From IMG/VR virus record IMGVR_UViG_2595698621_000001, positions 39,258 to 103,257 of that record: a stretch of 64,000 bases of DNA; one strand, written 5' to 3'. Under the pieces are notes generated by a model that worked only from the letters and a program-made list of their open reading frames with translations, did no database searches and was not told the origin of the DNA. The stretch is from a virus. Lineage: Duplodnaviria; Caudoviricetes. Numbering within the stretch: the stretch's first letter is position 1; each line of letters starts with the position of its first letter. Of this stretch, positions 35,695 to 45,218 are shown piece after piece. Position numbers and translations under genes: made by a program.

Positions 35695-37691
35695 TGCCTG
35701 AAGCAGTCGAGGACTGTGTCGATAGCGTACTCGAGGACAATTCCGATTACTCGGTGTCCAAAGCGTACGCCACCTGTTGGTCGCAGTATGACGACGGCGA
35801 CCTCAAGAGCGACGACACACCCGACTGCGATTTCTCGAAGGCGGTCATCAACCTGGCTGGCGAAAACAACCTCGACAAGGACGCCTCGGCGCGTATCGTC
35901 GCGGCGTCACGTCTCGCAGATACCGAAGACGACACCGCTGTGAAGGCGGTCGCTCATCGTAAGGTCACAGGTTCCTGGGGCAACGTTCACCCCGCTGAGA
36001 AAACGAAAGAGGGGCGAGAGCACCTCCTCGACACATACGTCTCGACCGCCGAGAAGGCGCTTCAATCCTTCGACGACGCGCTCGAGGACGTAGACGGTGA
36101 AAGCGAGGGAGCGACAGTAGACAAGGCAGACGGCGAGTACCCGACTGTCAAGTTCAAAATGAAGTCCTCGACAGGCATTATGCCGCTCTTCAAAGCGAAG
36201 AACGGCGATATGGTTGTCTGGGGACCTGCGAGCGTCGAGGTTGTTGATAAGGAAGGCGACCGGATTCGTGCGGAGGCGCTTGAAGAAGCGCTCCCTCAAC
36301 TCCTACGTCGTCAGCGGTTGTCGCTCGAACACTCCGACCAACTCGTCGGTGAGATTCTCGAGAACTTCGAGACGGACGAACCCATCAGCGTGAAAATCGA
36401 CGGTGAGGAGTACACGCGAGAGGAGTTCCCGACTGATGTTCTCGAGCTCGACGGGATGGAGCCTTCGCTGTTCGTCGCGGGTAAGGTCTGGGACGACACC
36501 AGGCAGGCTCGTCAGACACAGCGAGACATCGAGAATGGAGATATCGACTCGTACAGCATCAGCGGAGAGTCGCTGGTTGCGACGACGAAGTACGAGGAAG
36601 GCGACGTAGTGAACGACATAAAGGAGCTCGACCTTTCTGCTGTGACCCTTTGCGAAGAGGGGATGAACCAGAAGGCGAAGTTCGGTGTCGTCAGTAAAGC
36701 GAAAGGGGACGCACGCGCCGATGAAGGTCACAACGTAGAAAGCGCTCAGGCGGGCGTGAGTAAAGGGACCCGAGGCCCAGCAGGCGTCCCCGCAGAGGGA
36801 CAAATCAGAGTAGTCAAGAATATGACCGACGACAACGACGAAACCCCCGACGAAGGGGCGAGTAATCCGTCTGACGCGGTCTCGCTCGACGACATCCGTT
36901 CGGAGTTCAAGGGTGTCGTTGACGAGTCGCTGCCTGACGGCGAGCTCGCTACGAAGTCGGATATGGTCAACAAGGAAGACGTCGAGACCATCGTCGAGGA
37001 GAAGTCTCTCGACGAGGACGACGTCCGAAGTATCGCGCAGGAAGTGTACGACAAGAGCACTGAGGAGAAGGAGTTCTCCGACGAAGTTCTCGAGCTCGCT
37101 GAGGAAACGGGTGTCGAACCCGCCAAGGTCGCGGACATCGTCGAGCGCGGCGACTACGCGGACGATGAGGTGTTCGAGGACGAGGGCGAGATGCCCGACG
37201 ACGAGGAAAAGGAGATGTGTCCTGAGTGCGGCGTCCCGTTCGAGGAGTGCGGGTGCGACGAGAAGGCGGACGACGAGATGCCGCCTGAGGACGAGGACGA
37301 GGAAGTCGACGAGGTCCCCGAAGAAGAGCTCGAGGACCCCGACGACGACGGAGAGCAGGAAGTGGAAATCGACGACGGCTCCGAGGAGGAGAAGGGTGGT
37401 TACACCCACGAAGAGCTCGAGTCGATGCTTCCTGAAGACCTCTATGACGCGGTGCGCGAGCATCTCGACGAACCCGAAGGCGAGGGCGAGATGGAGATGT
37501 CCGAGAAGGACCTCACCGAAGCCCTCGACGAGGAAGAGGTCGAGAAGATGATAGACGAACAATTCGGCGACGAGATGGAGCTCAACTCGCCGGATGGTCC
37601 TTCCGCCGAAGTGCGGAAGAGCTGGGAGGAAGAGGACGACCCCGCGACCGACGGCGCGGTGGGTCCCGCAGCCCAGCAGCTCTACGACTGA
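35694..37691 (+). CDS. Prohead protease fused to an acidic scaffold-like region
   Basis: GPASVEVVDKEGD, LEH, SYSISG, VTLC..GMN; directly upstream of the MCP. Confidence 0.85.
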   Translation: MPEAVEDCVDSVLEDNSDYSVSKAYATCWSQYDDGDLKSDDTPDCDFSKAVINLAGENNLDKDASARIVAASRLADTEDDTAVKAVAHRKVTGSWGNVHPAEKTKEGREHLLDTYVSTAEKALQSFDDALEDVDGESEGATVDKADGEYPTVKFKMKSSTGIMPLFKAKNGDMVVWGPASVEVVDKEGDRIRAEALEEALPQLLRRQRLSLEHSDQLVGEILENFETDEPISVKIDGEEYTREEFPTDVLELDGMEPSLFVAGKVWDDTRQARQTQRDIENGDIDSYSISGESLVATTKYEEGDVVNDIKELDLSAVTLCEEGMNQKAKFGVVSKAKGDARADEGHNVESAQAGVSKGTRGPAGVPAEGQIRVVKNMTDDNDETPDEGASNPSDAVSLDDIRSEFKGVVDESLPDGELATKSDMVNKEDVETIVEEKSLDEDDVRSIAQEVYDKSTEEKEFSDEVLELAEETGVEPAKVADIVERGDYADDEVFEDEGEMPDDEEKEMCPECGVPFEECGCDEKADDEMPPEDEDEEVDEVPEEELEDPDDDGEQEVEIDDGSEEEKGGYTHEELESMLPEDLYDAVREHLDEPEGEGEMEMSEKDLTEALDEEEVEKMIDEQFGDEMELNSPDGPSAEVRKSWEEEDDPATDGAVGPAAQQLYD

Positions 37692-37702
37692 GGTGACACA
37701 AA

Positions 37703-39085
37703 ATGGGAGCAATCACTGAGAACGGCGTGCAGCTCGCCAAGGCACAGATTTCCAAGCACCGGAAGCTGATGAAGTCGACCCCGGCTCGCAAGTACCTCGC
37801 CAAGCGTCAGCTTGAGCGAGGTGGCGATGCCGCTGGGGCGCAGGGTCGTCAGCAGGGCCTCTACAAAACGAGTGCCCGCGGCCCGAAGGGTGAGAATCCG
37901 GGTCAGCTACGCAAGGCTGACGGTCGGATTCACACCGTCTACGACCTCATCGACTACTACTACGACTTCTACCCGAAGTACACGCGCAAGAACTCCGGCA
38001 ACGTGTCGAAGGCGGACAACATTCTCGACACTACGGACGCCGGGTACCGAAACGTCGTGTACGGGTCGGAGGTCTTCTCGCTGCTCAACAGCGAGGCCAA
38101 CCTGTTCGCGCTCCTCGAGAACCGAGCGTGGACGAAGTCCGGTGAGCGTATCGTCACCGGCCGGGACTCCAACCGCACTCTCGGCGACAGTGGGACTGGC
38201 GAGAACGCCTCGCTTCCCGACACCATCCACCCGGAGCTCGACGAGTACGAGCAGAACCCGCGTTCGGTCGTCCACACCTTCAACGTCTCGCAGGAGAAGC
38301 AGCTCCTCGCGCAGACGAACGACGACGACCTGGACGACCCGTTCGACTTCCTTCGTCGCTGGTACGGTGAGGGGACGGAGCATCAGACGGGGATGGGCGA
38401 GCACCCGAAAGACATCAACGTCCAGCTTCTGGACGAGTCGGACTCGCCGTCGGGCGACAATATGGAGAGCATCGACCGCGTCATCTCTGATGGCAGCGAG
38501 TCGAGTCTCCTGAGCGACGCCGGCGACAACGACATCTACGGGTTCGACCGTAGCAACAACGAGTTCGAGAGCAACGTGCTCCACAACTCCGACAGCAACC
38601 GGTCGTTCACCATCAACCTGATGGACGACGCCATCGAGCAGGTCAAGACCAACAGCGGTAAGAACCCGGTGCAGGACGACGGGTACTTCTGGCTGACCGG
38701 TCACGACACGTACAAAATCCTCGAGCAGGAGGTCGGTGGCAAGGAGCGCCTCGAGCCGGTTCGGGCGCAGGTCGGGATGAACGGCGTCCAGACCAACCCC
38801 GGTGACGACGTGGGAATCATCACGCAGTCGTACAAGACGATTCCCATCTTCGAGAGCGACGACGTGGTCCAGGACGACAGTGGCCTGTCGCGGGTCTACC
38901 TGGTCGACTCCGAGACTATGTTCATCAAGACGCTCCTCCCGACCCAGTTCTACTCGACTGGGACGGAAGTCGACGACAACCCCTTCGCTATCGACCAGCT
39001 CGGTAACGAGGGCGCGTTCGTCACCATCGGGCAGCTCACCTGTACGAACCCCGCAGCCCACGCGAAGATTCGGGACCTGAAGTAA
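37703..39085 (+). CDS. Major capsid protein (HK97 fold)
   Basis: Position after the protease; strongest codon bias; GENASLP; C-terminal GQLTCTNPAAHAKIRDL. Confidence 0.85.
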   Translation: MGAITENGVQLAKAQISKHRKLMKSTPARKYLAKRQLERGGDAAGAQGRQQGLYKTSARGPKGENPGQLRKADGRIHTVYDLIDYYYDFYPKYTRKNSGNVSKADNILDTTDAGYRNVVYGSEVFSLLNSEANLFALLENRAWTKSGERIVTGRDSNRTLGDSGTGENASLPDTIHPELDEYEQNPRSVVHTFNVSQEKQLLAQTNDDDLDDPFDFLRRWYGEGTEHQTGMGEHPKDINVQLLDESDSPSGDNMESIDRVISDGSESSLLSDAGDNDIYGFDRSNNEFESNVLHNSDSNRSFTINLMDDAIEQVKTNSGKNPVQDDGYFWLTGHDTYKILEQEVGGKERLEPVRAQVGMNGVQTNPGDDVGIITQSYKTIPIFESDDVVQDDSGLSRVYLVDSETMFIKTLLPTQFYSTGTEVDDNPFAIDQLGNEGAFVTIGQLTCTNPAAHAKIRDLK

Positions 39086-39103
39086 ATCTGAGGTAGATTT
39101 ACG

Positions 39104-39481
39104 ATGAAGGTAGCGGAGGTTCGGAGCGAGGCGGATGCTCGTATGCGGACGTACACAGTCCCGTCTACGCGACGTGACTACACGTTCCGATACTTCACCG
39201 AGAAGGAACACTGGGTATCCGTGGAACACGTCGAAGACGCCGCCTACTTCGACGACGCCGAAGGCTTCGCTGTCCGATGGACGCCTGCGGGCCTCATCGC
39301 TCGCGCCTACCAAGGCGCGGCCGGTTCCGTCGCGGAAGCGTTTTCGAGGCTCGATTACCGCGACAAGCAAGAGCTTGCGAAGGAGCGCGGTATCAAGGCG
39401 AACCAGTCAGAAGAAGAGCTGGAGGCCGAATTGGAAGAGGCGGTCGAAGAGCTAGCAAGACAAGTCGAAAATCAACAATAA
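39104..39481 (+). CDS. Hypothetical protein with a Rho-N/HeH-like C-terminus
   Basis: YRDKQELAKERGIKANQSEEEL. Confidence 0.65.
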   Translation: MKVAEVRSEADARMRTYTVPSTRRDYTFRYFTEKEHWVSVEHVEDAAYFDDAEGFAVRWTPAGLIARAYQGAAGSVAEAFSRLDYRDKQELAKERGIKANQSEEELEAELEEAVEELARQVENQQ

Positions 39482-39498
39482 CAAGGAGGTAACAGAAA

Positions 39499-39801
39499 AT
39501 GGCAAAAACGGTCACTATCGACGACACGGAGTATATGGGAGCGGTGACGACGCGGTTCGTCACTGTGGACGTCAGCAGCTACAGCGGCGGTGAAGGCTTC
39601 GTCCCGGCGGATGTCAATATGCGCCGGTTCCAGGCAGTCACCGTCGAGGTCGCTGACGGTACCGGGTACTCGGCGAGCTACGACGAAGGCGCAGAGGCCA
39701 TCCGCCTGTACGAGAGTGCAGGTGCGAGCGGTGAGATGGCTGAAGTCACGAGCGTCGCCAACTCGCCTGTCACGCTTCGCGTCACCTGTATGGGTCGGTG
39801 A
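39499..39801 (+). CDS. Putative capsid decoration or minor head protein
   Basis: GGAGGT SD; beta-rich 100 aa downstream of the MCP. Confidence 0.55.
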   Translation: MAKTVTIDDTEYMGAVTTRFVTVDVSSYSGGEGFVPADVNMRRFQAVTVEVADGTGYSASYDEGAEAIRLYESAGASGEMAEVTSVANSPVTLRVTCMGR

Positions 39802-39807
39802 ACACCG

Positions 39808-40251
39808 ATGCCCCGGCAGCACAAGTGTCGCTCCATCAACGCGGCGACTGGCACGACCAACGGCGACTCGTATGAGTCACGAGGGCACAACAGCGTCGGG
39901 CTGTTCGTAGTCGCTCGTAACCTCGACGAGACGAACGACAGCCTCGAGGTCGTGTTAGACGCGGTTCACACCGACGAGAATACGTCGGGCGAAGAGCAAG
40001 GTCCTGTCCGTCGTTCGGATGGAGGACCCGGTTCTACGTCGCGTGTCGGGGTTACAGCAGGCGACCTCGGAGACCCGGGTGGTGACGGCACCTACTCGGG
40101 CTTCGCTTACGCTCACGGAGTTCCCGCTGAACACTTCGCGGCGCGTATTACAGAGTTCACTGACAACGCAGGCAGTGACCTCGAGGTAGACGCCTGGCTG
40201 TACTTCGGCAACTGGAGCGGCCCGGGACGCGAATTCCGCGAGGTGGTGTAG
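39808..40251 (+). CDS. Putative virion structural protein
   Basis: Beta-rich, in the head module. Confidence 0.55.
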   Translation: MPRQHKCRSINAATGTTNGDSYESRGHNSVGLFVVARNLDETNDSLEVVLDAVHTDENTSGEEQGPVRRSDGGPGSTSRVGVTAGDLGDPGGDGTYSGFAYAHGVPAEHFAARITEFTDNAGSDLEVDAWLYFGNWSGPGREFREVV

Positions 40252-40252
40252 T

Positions 40253-40582
40253 GTGTCTCTCGTCGATGTTATCCTGACTGAGCTCGTCAGCGAGTTCGGC
40301 GTTGCAGTCCTCGGGTTCGGCTGGTTGATGTACCAGGTGTACTCGCCCGACTGGTTGCCGGAGACGAAGCTTCAGAAGATGATGGGTAGCATCGAGCGAG
40401 AGATAAAAGAAACACGCGGGCTGCTCGTTTCGGCAATCACCGTGCTTCGCGCTGTCGTTCGGACGAACGACGAAGTGGACACGGAGAAGGTCGATGACTA
40501 CCTGGTCGAAAACGGCGTCGAGCCGGACGACTTCATCGACTCGACTGATATGCGAGGCGAGGAAGAACTTGGTGACGATTAA
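40253..40582 (+). CDS. Membrane protein with a coiled coil
   Basis: FGVAVLGFGWLMY hydrophobic segment. Confidence 0.6.
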   Translation: MSLVDVILTELVSEFGVAVLGFGWLMYQVYSPDWLPETKLQKMMGSIEREIKETRGLLVSAITVLRAVVRTNDEVDTEKVDDYLVENGVEPDDFIDSTDMRGEEELGDD

Positions 40583-41253
40583 TGCCTGTCACTGAAGCAT
40601 ACAGCGACGTAGGATACTGCGAGCCCGAGGACGTAGAACGTTTCTTCCGTGTTGAGGAAGGATTCAACGCTTCGACGAACCCGACCCGCTCGCAGGTTGA
40701 GGATATGATTCTCGAGTGGTCCGACGAGATAGACAACAGGACCAAGCACGCCTGGCGTGAGCGTCAGGTCAAGAACGAGTATCACGACCTCGACGACACC
40801 CCGTACTACTTTGGTTCGGGCACGCCCATCAAGCTCTACAAGCGGCGTATCAAAGCGCTCGATGGAGACAAGGGCGACAAGCTCGAGATATGGAGTGGGA
40901 ACGAGTGGGAGGACTGGGTTGCTGATTCCTCGCACCGAGCAGGTCGTAACAACGACTGGTGGATTGACGAGGGGAACGGCCTCCTCTACGTCTACCGTCG
41001 CTATGCGACTTGGAGCGAGCCCGCTGTCAGAATCACGTACAGGTACGGGAGTGAGAACACTCCGCGGGACGTGAAGAAAGCGTGCGCTAAGTACGTCGCC
41101 GCCGACCTCGCTATGACCGACCAGTACGCTATGAACGTTCCTGGTACCGATGGCGCCGCGGATGTTCAATCGCAGGCTCAGCAGTGGCGAGAAGACGCAG
41201 AGAAAACGCTCGCCCGTCGCACTGAAACTCAAGTCGTTCAGGGTTGGGGATAA
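40582..41253 (+). CDS. Head-tail adaptor
   Basis: YCEPEDV...IDNRT...VRITYRYG..TPRDVKKAC. Confidence 0.78.
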   Translation: MPVTEAYSDVGYCEPEDVERFFRVEEGFNASTNPTRSQVEDMILEWSDEIDNRTKHAWRERQVKNEYHDLDDTPYYFGSGTPIKLYKRRIKALDGDKGDKLEIWSGNEWEDWVADSSHRAGRNNDWWIDEGNGLLYVYRRYATWSEPAVRITYRYGSENTPRDVKKACAKYVAADLAMTDQYAMNVPGTDGAADVQSQAQQWREDAEKTLARRTETQVVQGWG

Positions 41254-41801
41254 TGGCTAACGTCAAATCGAGTAACGGAGGCGACCCGACGAAAGCGGTC
41301 ATCCAGGGGCTCGAAGCGGAAGTCGATGAACTAACCCGCGACGCCATCGACCTGTGGTTCAAGGAGTCACAGGAGTGGCTCCGTGACGCCGAACGTAACC
41401 GCTCGGAACTCGGACGCACGTCCGGTAGCGAAGGGAGAGCGAACAACGCTCTCGGTGAAATAGCACAGACGGCCCAACCCCCGACGTGGAACGAGGACGA
41501 GCAGAGATGGGAGTTCTCGTACACTCACGAGGGCGCTGTGTTTCAGGAGTTCGGCGCGAAACCTCACGAGATTCGAGCGAAGAAGGCAGAGGTCCTCGCG
41601 TTCGAGTGGCCCGATGCTCCTGAAGAGGTTAAGGAGCAATTCGAGCACACCGAAGGCGACCTCGTTTTCTTCGAGTCGGTCAATCACCCTGGAATCCCAG
41701 CAATCGGGTTCGTCCGCTATGGACGAGATGTCGCTAAGCGGGAGCTCGAGACGGCTGGGTACGACGTGACCGAGTGGGAGTCGGGAGGTGACCAGTCGTG
41801 A
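41253..41801 (+). CDS. Neck/tail completion protein
   Basis: AVFQEFGAKPHEI...VNHPGIPAIGFV. Confidence 0.7.
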   Translation: MANVKSSNGGDPTKAVIQGLEAEVDELTRDAIDLWFKESQEWLRDAERNRSELGRTSGSEGRANNALGEIAQTAQPPTWNEDEQRWEFSYTHEGAVFQEFGAKPHEIRAKKAEVLAFEWPDAPEEVKEQFEHTEGDLVFFESVNHPGIPAIGFVRYGRDVAKRELETAGYDVTEWESGGDQS

Positions 41802-42286
41802 CCGCGGTTCAGTACGTCGAGTACGTCCTCGAGAACAACTGGGAACCGTCCATCTCGGGTCGCTACAACGACGTTCCGCACCCCCGTCTCATCCGCGAGT
41901 CGTCCGAAGAATATCGTCGGATGAACACCCAGGAAGACGATACTATTATTGTCTCCGACGGTGGTATCTCGGAAATCGAGCCGCAGTCGTTCGGGTGGGT
42001 CGAGGAACGCCTCCTCTCCCGAGTGACGCTCGACATCCGAACGTCTCATAGCAGAGAGCGTCTTTGGGGCGAACGTGACGATAACAACAACTCACCGCGG
42101 TACGGAGGCCTCGTTGGTGAGTGTAAGCGTATCTTCGACGCCAAACGCAAGGGCGACAAGGAGTTCGACTTAGTTGACGGGTACGAAGCCAACGACCTCT
42201 CTGGTCAGATGGGTGGACTCGTCTGGCGTGCTACGTTCGAGCTCCGACTCGACACCCGCGCCTCCAATATCGACCCAGAAATATGA
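41798..42286 (+). CDS. Putative tail terminator
   Basis: Position before the tail tube gene, and size. Confidence 0.55.
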   Translation: MTAVQYVEYVLENNWEPSISGRYNDVPHPRLIRESSEEYRRMNTQEDDTIIVSDGGISEIEPQSFGWVEERLLSRVTLDIRTSHSRERLWGERDDNNNSPRYGGLVGECKRIFDAKRKGDKEFDLVDGYEANDLSGQMGGLVWRATFELRLDTRASNIDPEI

Positions 42287-42528
42287 ACGCACAACAACTC
42301 CTCGACGAGTGGGAGGAAGGCGAAACGACCGGAGTGCGTCCTGCGCGGGTCAAGCAAATCCGTGACGACCTGCGAGAGGTCACGGGTCTGCACGTCCCAA
42401 GGCGCACTCACGAGATAGAAAGCTGGCTCGAGACGATGAAGAGTCAGGTCACGCGGAAACTGCGTGAAGCGGCGGAAGCGATGGAAGAATCCGACGACGG
42501 CGACGGCGAAGACGAAGACGCTGAGTAG
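42283..42528 (+). CDS. Hypothetical protein
   Basis: Coupled 81-aa ORF. Confidence 0.6.
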   Translation: MNAQQLLDEWEEGETTGVRPARVKQIRDDLREVTGLHVPRRTHEIESWLETMKSQVTRKLREAAEAMEESDDGDGEDEDAE

Positions 42529-42576
42529 TCACCGCCCAATCTTTTTACCGACACTTCGCGTATTCTGGGATGAGAT

Positions 42577-43557
42577 ATGCCCAGTGCCGCAGGTCACGAA
42601 GCGAGGGTAAGCTATCTGTGGGAGAACGACGGGTCTGATAACCCCGACTTCGCTACAGATTCGCCCTCCGATTCTGATAACAAACCGTTCGGTAGTGACG
42701 CGACGATGAATACCCTCGAGGGAAGCAACAACGCCGTCCGGGTCTTCGACCCGAACGACCGTGAGGCTCGAGAGGTTATCGAGCAGAACTTCGAGGGGTC
42801 GTGGTCCGTCGAGTTCACGCTCACCAACCCGTGGTGGCTTCGTGGTGTGATTCACTACGATGTCTCGACCTCGGGCGCCTCCGCTCCCTACACTCACGAC
42901 TACGACGGAGACATTCCGTACTCTATGCGTATCGTTCAGGGTACAGAGGCGACGGGCACCGAGCGCGTCCTGAAGGGGTGTGTCATCTCGTCCGCTGAGA
43001 TTTCCGCGTCTGTCGGTGGGATGGTCAACGTCTCGCTTCAGGGTGCGTATGCAGACGAAGACCTCGACACGGGCGGCGTCGGCGCTGCGCAACCGACTGT
43101 GGACGAGCGTCCCCTGCACTTCGCGCACGCCACTCTCAAGCGCGACGGAGCGACGCTGTCTCTCGTGCAGAACGCCTCGCTCACCATCGAGAATAACATC
43201 GACCTCATCCGCGAGCTCGGGTCTCGTATCGCTGCTGACTACTCGCCCAAGCAGCGGACGGTGGACATCTCATACGGAGACATCGTCGAGGACGAGACAG
43301 AGGTTCAGCGGATGTACGGGTCGGGTACGACTCCTCAGAACACCGTCGAGAACGACAAGCCGATGACTTTCACGTTCGACGACGGAGGTTCGGGCTCAGA
43401 CAAGAACGCGGTCACCTTCAATATCGGTGGGGCGTTCCCCAACTCGTACAGTCGCTCTGGAATCGGTGACCCTGAGGCTGACCTGGAGGGGTCGCTCAGT
43501 GAGATGGCGGCGACCATCGACGCCAGTGCTGAGAACGAAACGTCGAGTGCGAGGTAA
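42577..43557 (+). CDS. Major tail tube protein
   Basis: 326 aa, Ser/Thr/Gly-rich beta protein with a GCVISS...LTIENN pattern; followed by a frameshifted chaperone gene. Confidence 0.78.
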   Translation: MPSAAGHEARVSYLWENDGSDNPDFATDSPSDSDNKPFGSDATMNTLEGSNNAVRVFDPNDREAREVIEQNFEGSWSVEFTLTNPWWLRGVIHYDVSTSGASAPYTHDYDGDIPYSMRIVQGTEATGTERVLKGCVISSAEISASVGGMVNVSLQGAYADEDLDTGGVGAAQPTVDERPLHFAHATLKRDGATLSLVQNASLTIENNIDLIRELGSRIAADYSPKQRTVDISYGDIVEDETEVQRMYGSGTTPQNTVENDKPMTFTFDDGGSGSDKNAVTFNIGGAFPNSYSRSGIGDPEADLEGSLSEMAATIDASAENETSSAR

Positions 43558-43559
43558 CT

Positions 43560-44129
43560 ATGCAACAGACAACTATCGACCTCCGCGAGGAGGCACGGAA
43601 AATCCGCGAAGAGAAACTACCGTCTGTCGAAGACGCGCAAGATGAGCTCGTCGCTCAAATCGAGGAGGAGTACGAGTCCTACAACGACGTACCCGAATCC
43701 GAGGACCAGGCGTTCGAGAAGCTCGAGGAGAAACGTATCGAGCTCGAAGGTCAGGCTGAGTCACTCGAGCGTGTCGTCGAGGAGTGGGACGGCGGAGAGT
43801 TCATCGTTCGAGAACTCACAACGGGAGCGCTCGCAGAAATTCAGGACAGCGTGTCTGAGAAGTCCTTCGAGTTCGACCCCGAACGCGGTGAGATGAAGGG
43901 CGGAACGCCGAAGCAAGGTTTCGGGATGGTCGAGACTCTGCGGAAATCTATCGTTCGACAGCCGCCTGGTGCACCGACGCGAGAGAACGAGTTCGGTGAG
44001 GAGGTTCCCGAGCCCGCAAACTACCCGCACAAAATCGGGCTGTTCATCTTCGAGCAGGTCAACTCCTTCAACACCGTAGGGGAGACTGACCTGGGAAACT
44101 CCTCACTCCAGGAGCGGATGAGCAGTTAG
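43560..44129 (+). CDS. Tail assembly chaperone (G)
   Basis: Follows the tail tube gene; ends with a slippery LGN codon run. Confidence 0.75.
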   Translation: MQQTTIDLREEARKIREEKLPSVEDAQDELVAQIEEEYESYNDVPESEDQAFEKLEEKRIELEGQAESLERVVEEWDGGEFIVRELTTGALAEIQDSVSEKSFEFDPERGEMKGGTPKQGFGMVETLRKSIVRQPPGAPTRENEFGEEVPEPANYPHKIGLFIFEQVNSFNTVGETDLGNSSLQERMSS

Positions 44130-44287
44130 ACCTGCTCGTAGCTGATATGGTCTTCCGCGGCCTCAACCCGGACAAACTGCCCGCTCGGTTCGCTCTTGCG
44201 TATCAGGAGCACCGGGACACGGTGATGGAGCAACGAAAGAAGTTGTGGCAGGAGGCAGCCGCGGAGCTGTTCGGCGAGGGTGGCTAA
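44093..44287 (+). other. Programmed -1 frameshift (G GGA AAC) and GT extension
   Basis: GGGAAAC at 44093-44099; the -1 frame reads LLTPGADEQLDLLVADMVFRG...ELFGEGG to TAA at 44287; downstream hairpins CTCCT/AGGAG and GAGCAG/CTGCTC. Confidence 0.75.
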
Positions 44288-44419
44288 AACGATGCTCACG
44301 ACAGACACGACGCGCACGGGCGGAGACACGACGCGGACAGCGAAGCCTGTCGTATCCATCCTGGAGAACTCGAACCGTCTCAGCGACCAAGTGTGCGCGT
44401 TAGAAGGGGCGTCAGAATA

Positions 44420-45217
44420 ATGGCGGAGTTCCTCGGCTCTACTCGACTCTGGCACAAGCAGGAAGATATCGTCGAAGCGAAAGGGAAGGTTCGCACAGAC
44501 GCTATCTACGGCGAGGACAGCGACCAGACGCTCCTCACCGGCCTGCAACAGCAACAGAAATTCACGACGACGGGCGTGGCGACTGGGCTTCGTCTCTCGA
44601 GACAACCTGGGTACTCGAACGACCCGAACACTGCGGTCGCGCAGTGGGTCGTCGAGATGGAGACGTACATCAACGCTCAACAGGGGTCTGGATTCACTCT
44701 TCAGAGCGACGAACGTAATGACAGCAAGAACGTCGTCCTCGAGTCGTTCGGCTGGCAACGAGAACCCACAGAGAAGTATCAGGTGTCGTGGGACCTGACC
44801 GCTCACTGGGGTCAGGGTATGATGAGCAGCTCATCGAGGAACCCGCCTAGTGTCTCGCCGTCTCAATCCTGGTCGCTCGACGGGTACGACCTCGGGAATC
44901 AGGTTATGACTCGTCAGGAGAAAATGCAGCAGGTCGAGGCGTATCCTATCGCATACGCTAAGGCGGGAGAGAACGAAGTCCTCGCACAGTCAGGAGCAAT
45001 CCGGCAAATCACACTGCGAGGTTCAAAGAATAGCAACAGAAACTCGTTCGACGACGCTATGCAAGCGTTGCTCGGACAAGATACCACCGTGACTTTCAGC
45101 GAAGGGTTCCCAGGACGGGACCTCGAAGTTATGGTGAAAGAGTACGAGTCGACCCGCGAGGCGGGATACACTCGTATCGGAGAATACTCGATGACTCTAA
45201 TCGAGGGGACAGCATAA
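44420..45217 (+). CDS. Tail protein (distal-tail-like)
   Basis: Tail module; ends YSMTLIEG. Confidence 0.55.
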   Translation: MAEFLGSTRLWHKQEDIVEAKGKVRTDAIYGEDSDQTLLTGLQQQQKFTTTGVATGLRLSRQPGYSNDPNTAVAQWVVEMETYINAQQGSGFTLQSDERNDSKNVVLESFGWQREPTEKYQVSWDLTAHWGQGMMSSSSRNPPSVSPSQSWSLDGYDLGNQVMTRQEKMQQVEAYPIAYAKAGENEVLAQSGAIRQITLRGSKNSNRNSFDDAMQALLGQDTTVTFSEGFPGRDLEVMVKEYESTREAGYTRIGEYSMTLIEGTA

Positions 45218-45218
45218 T

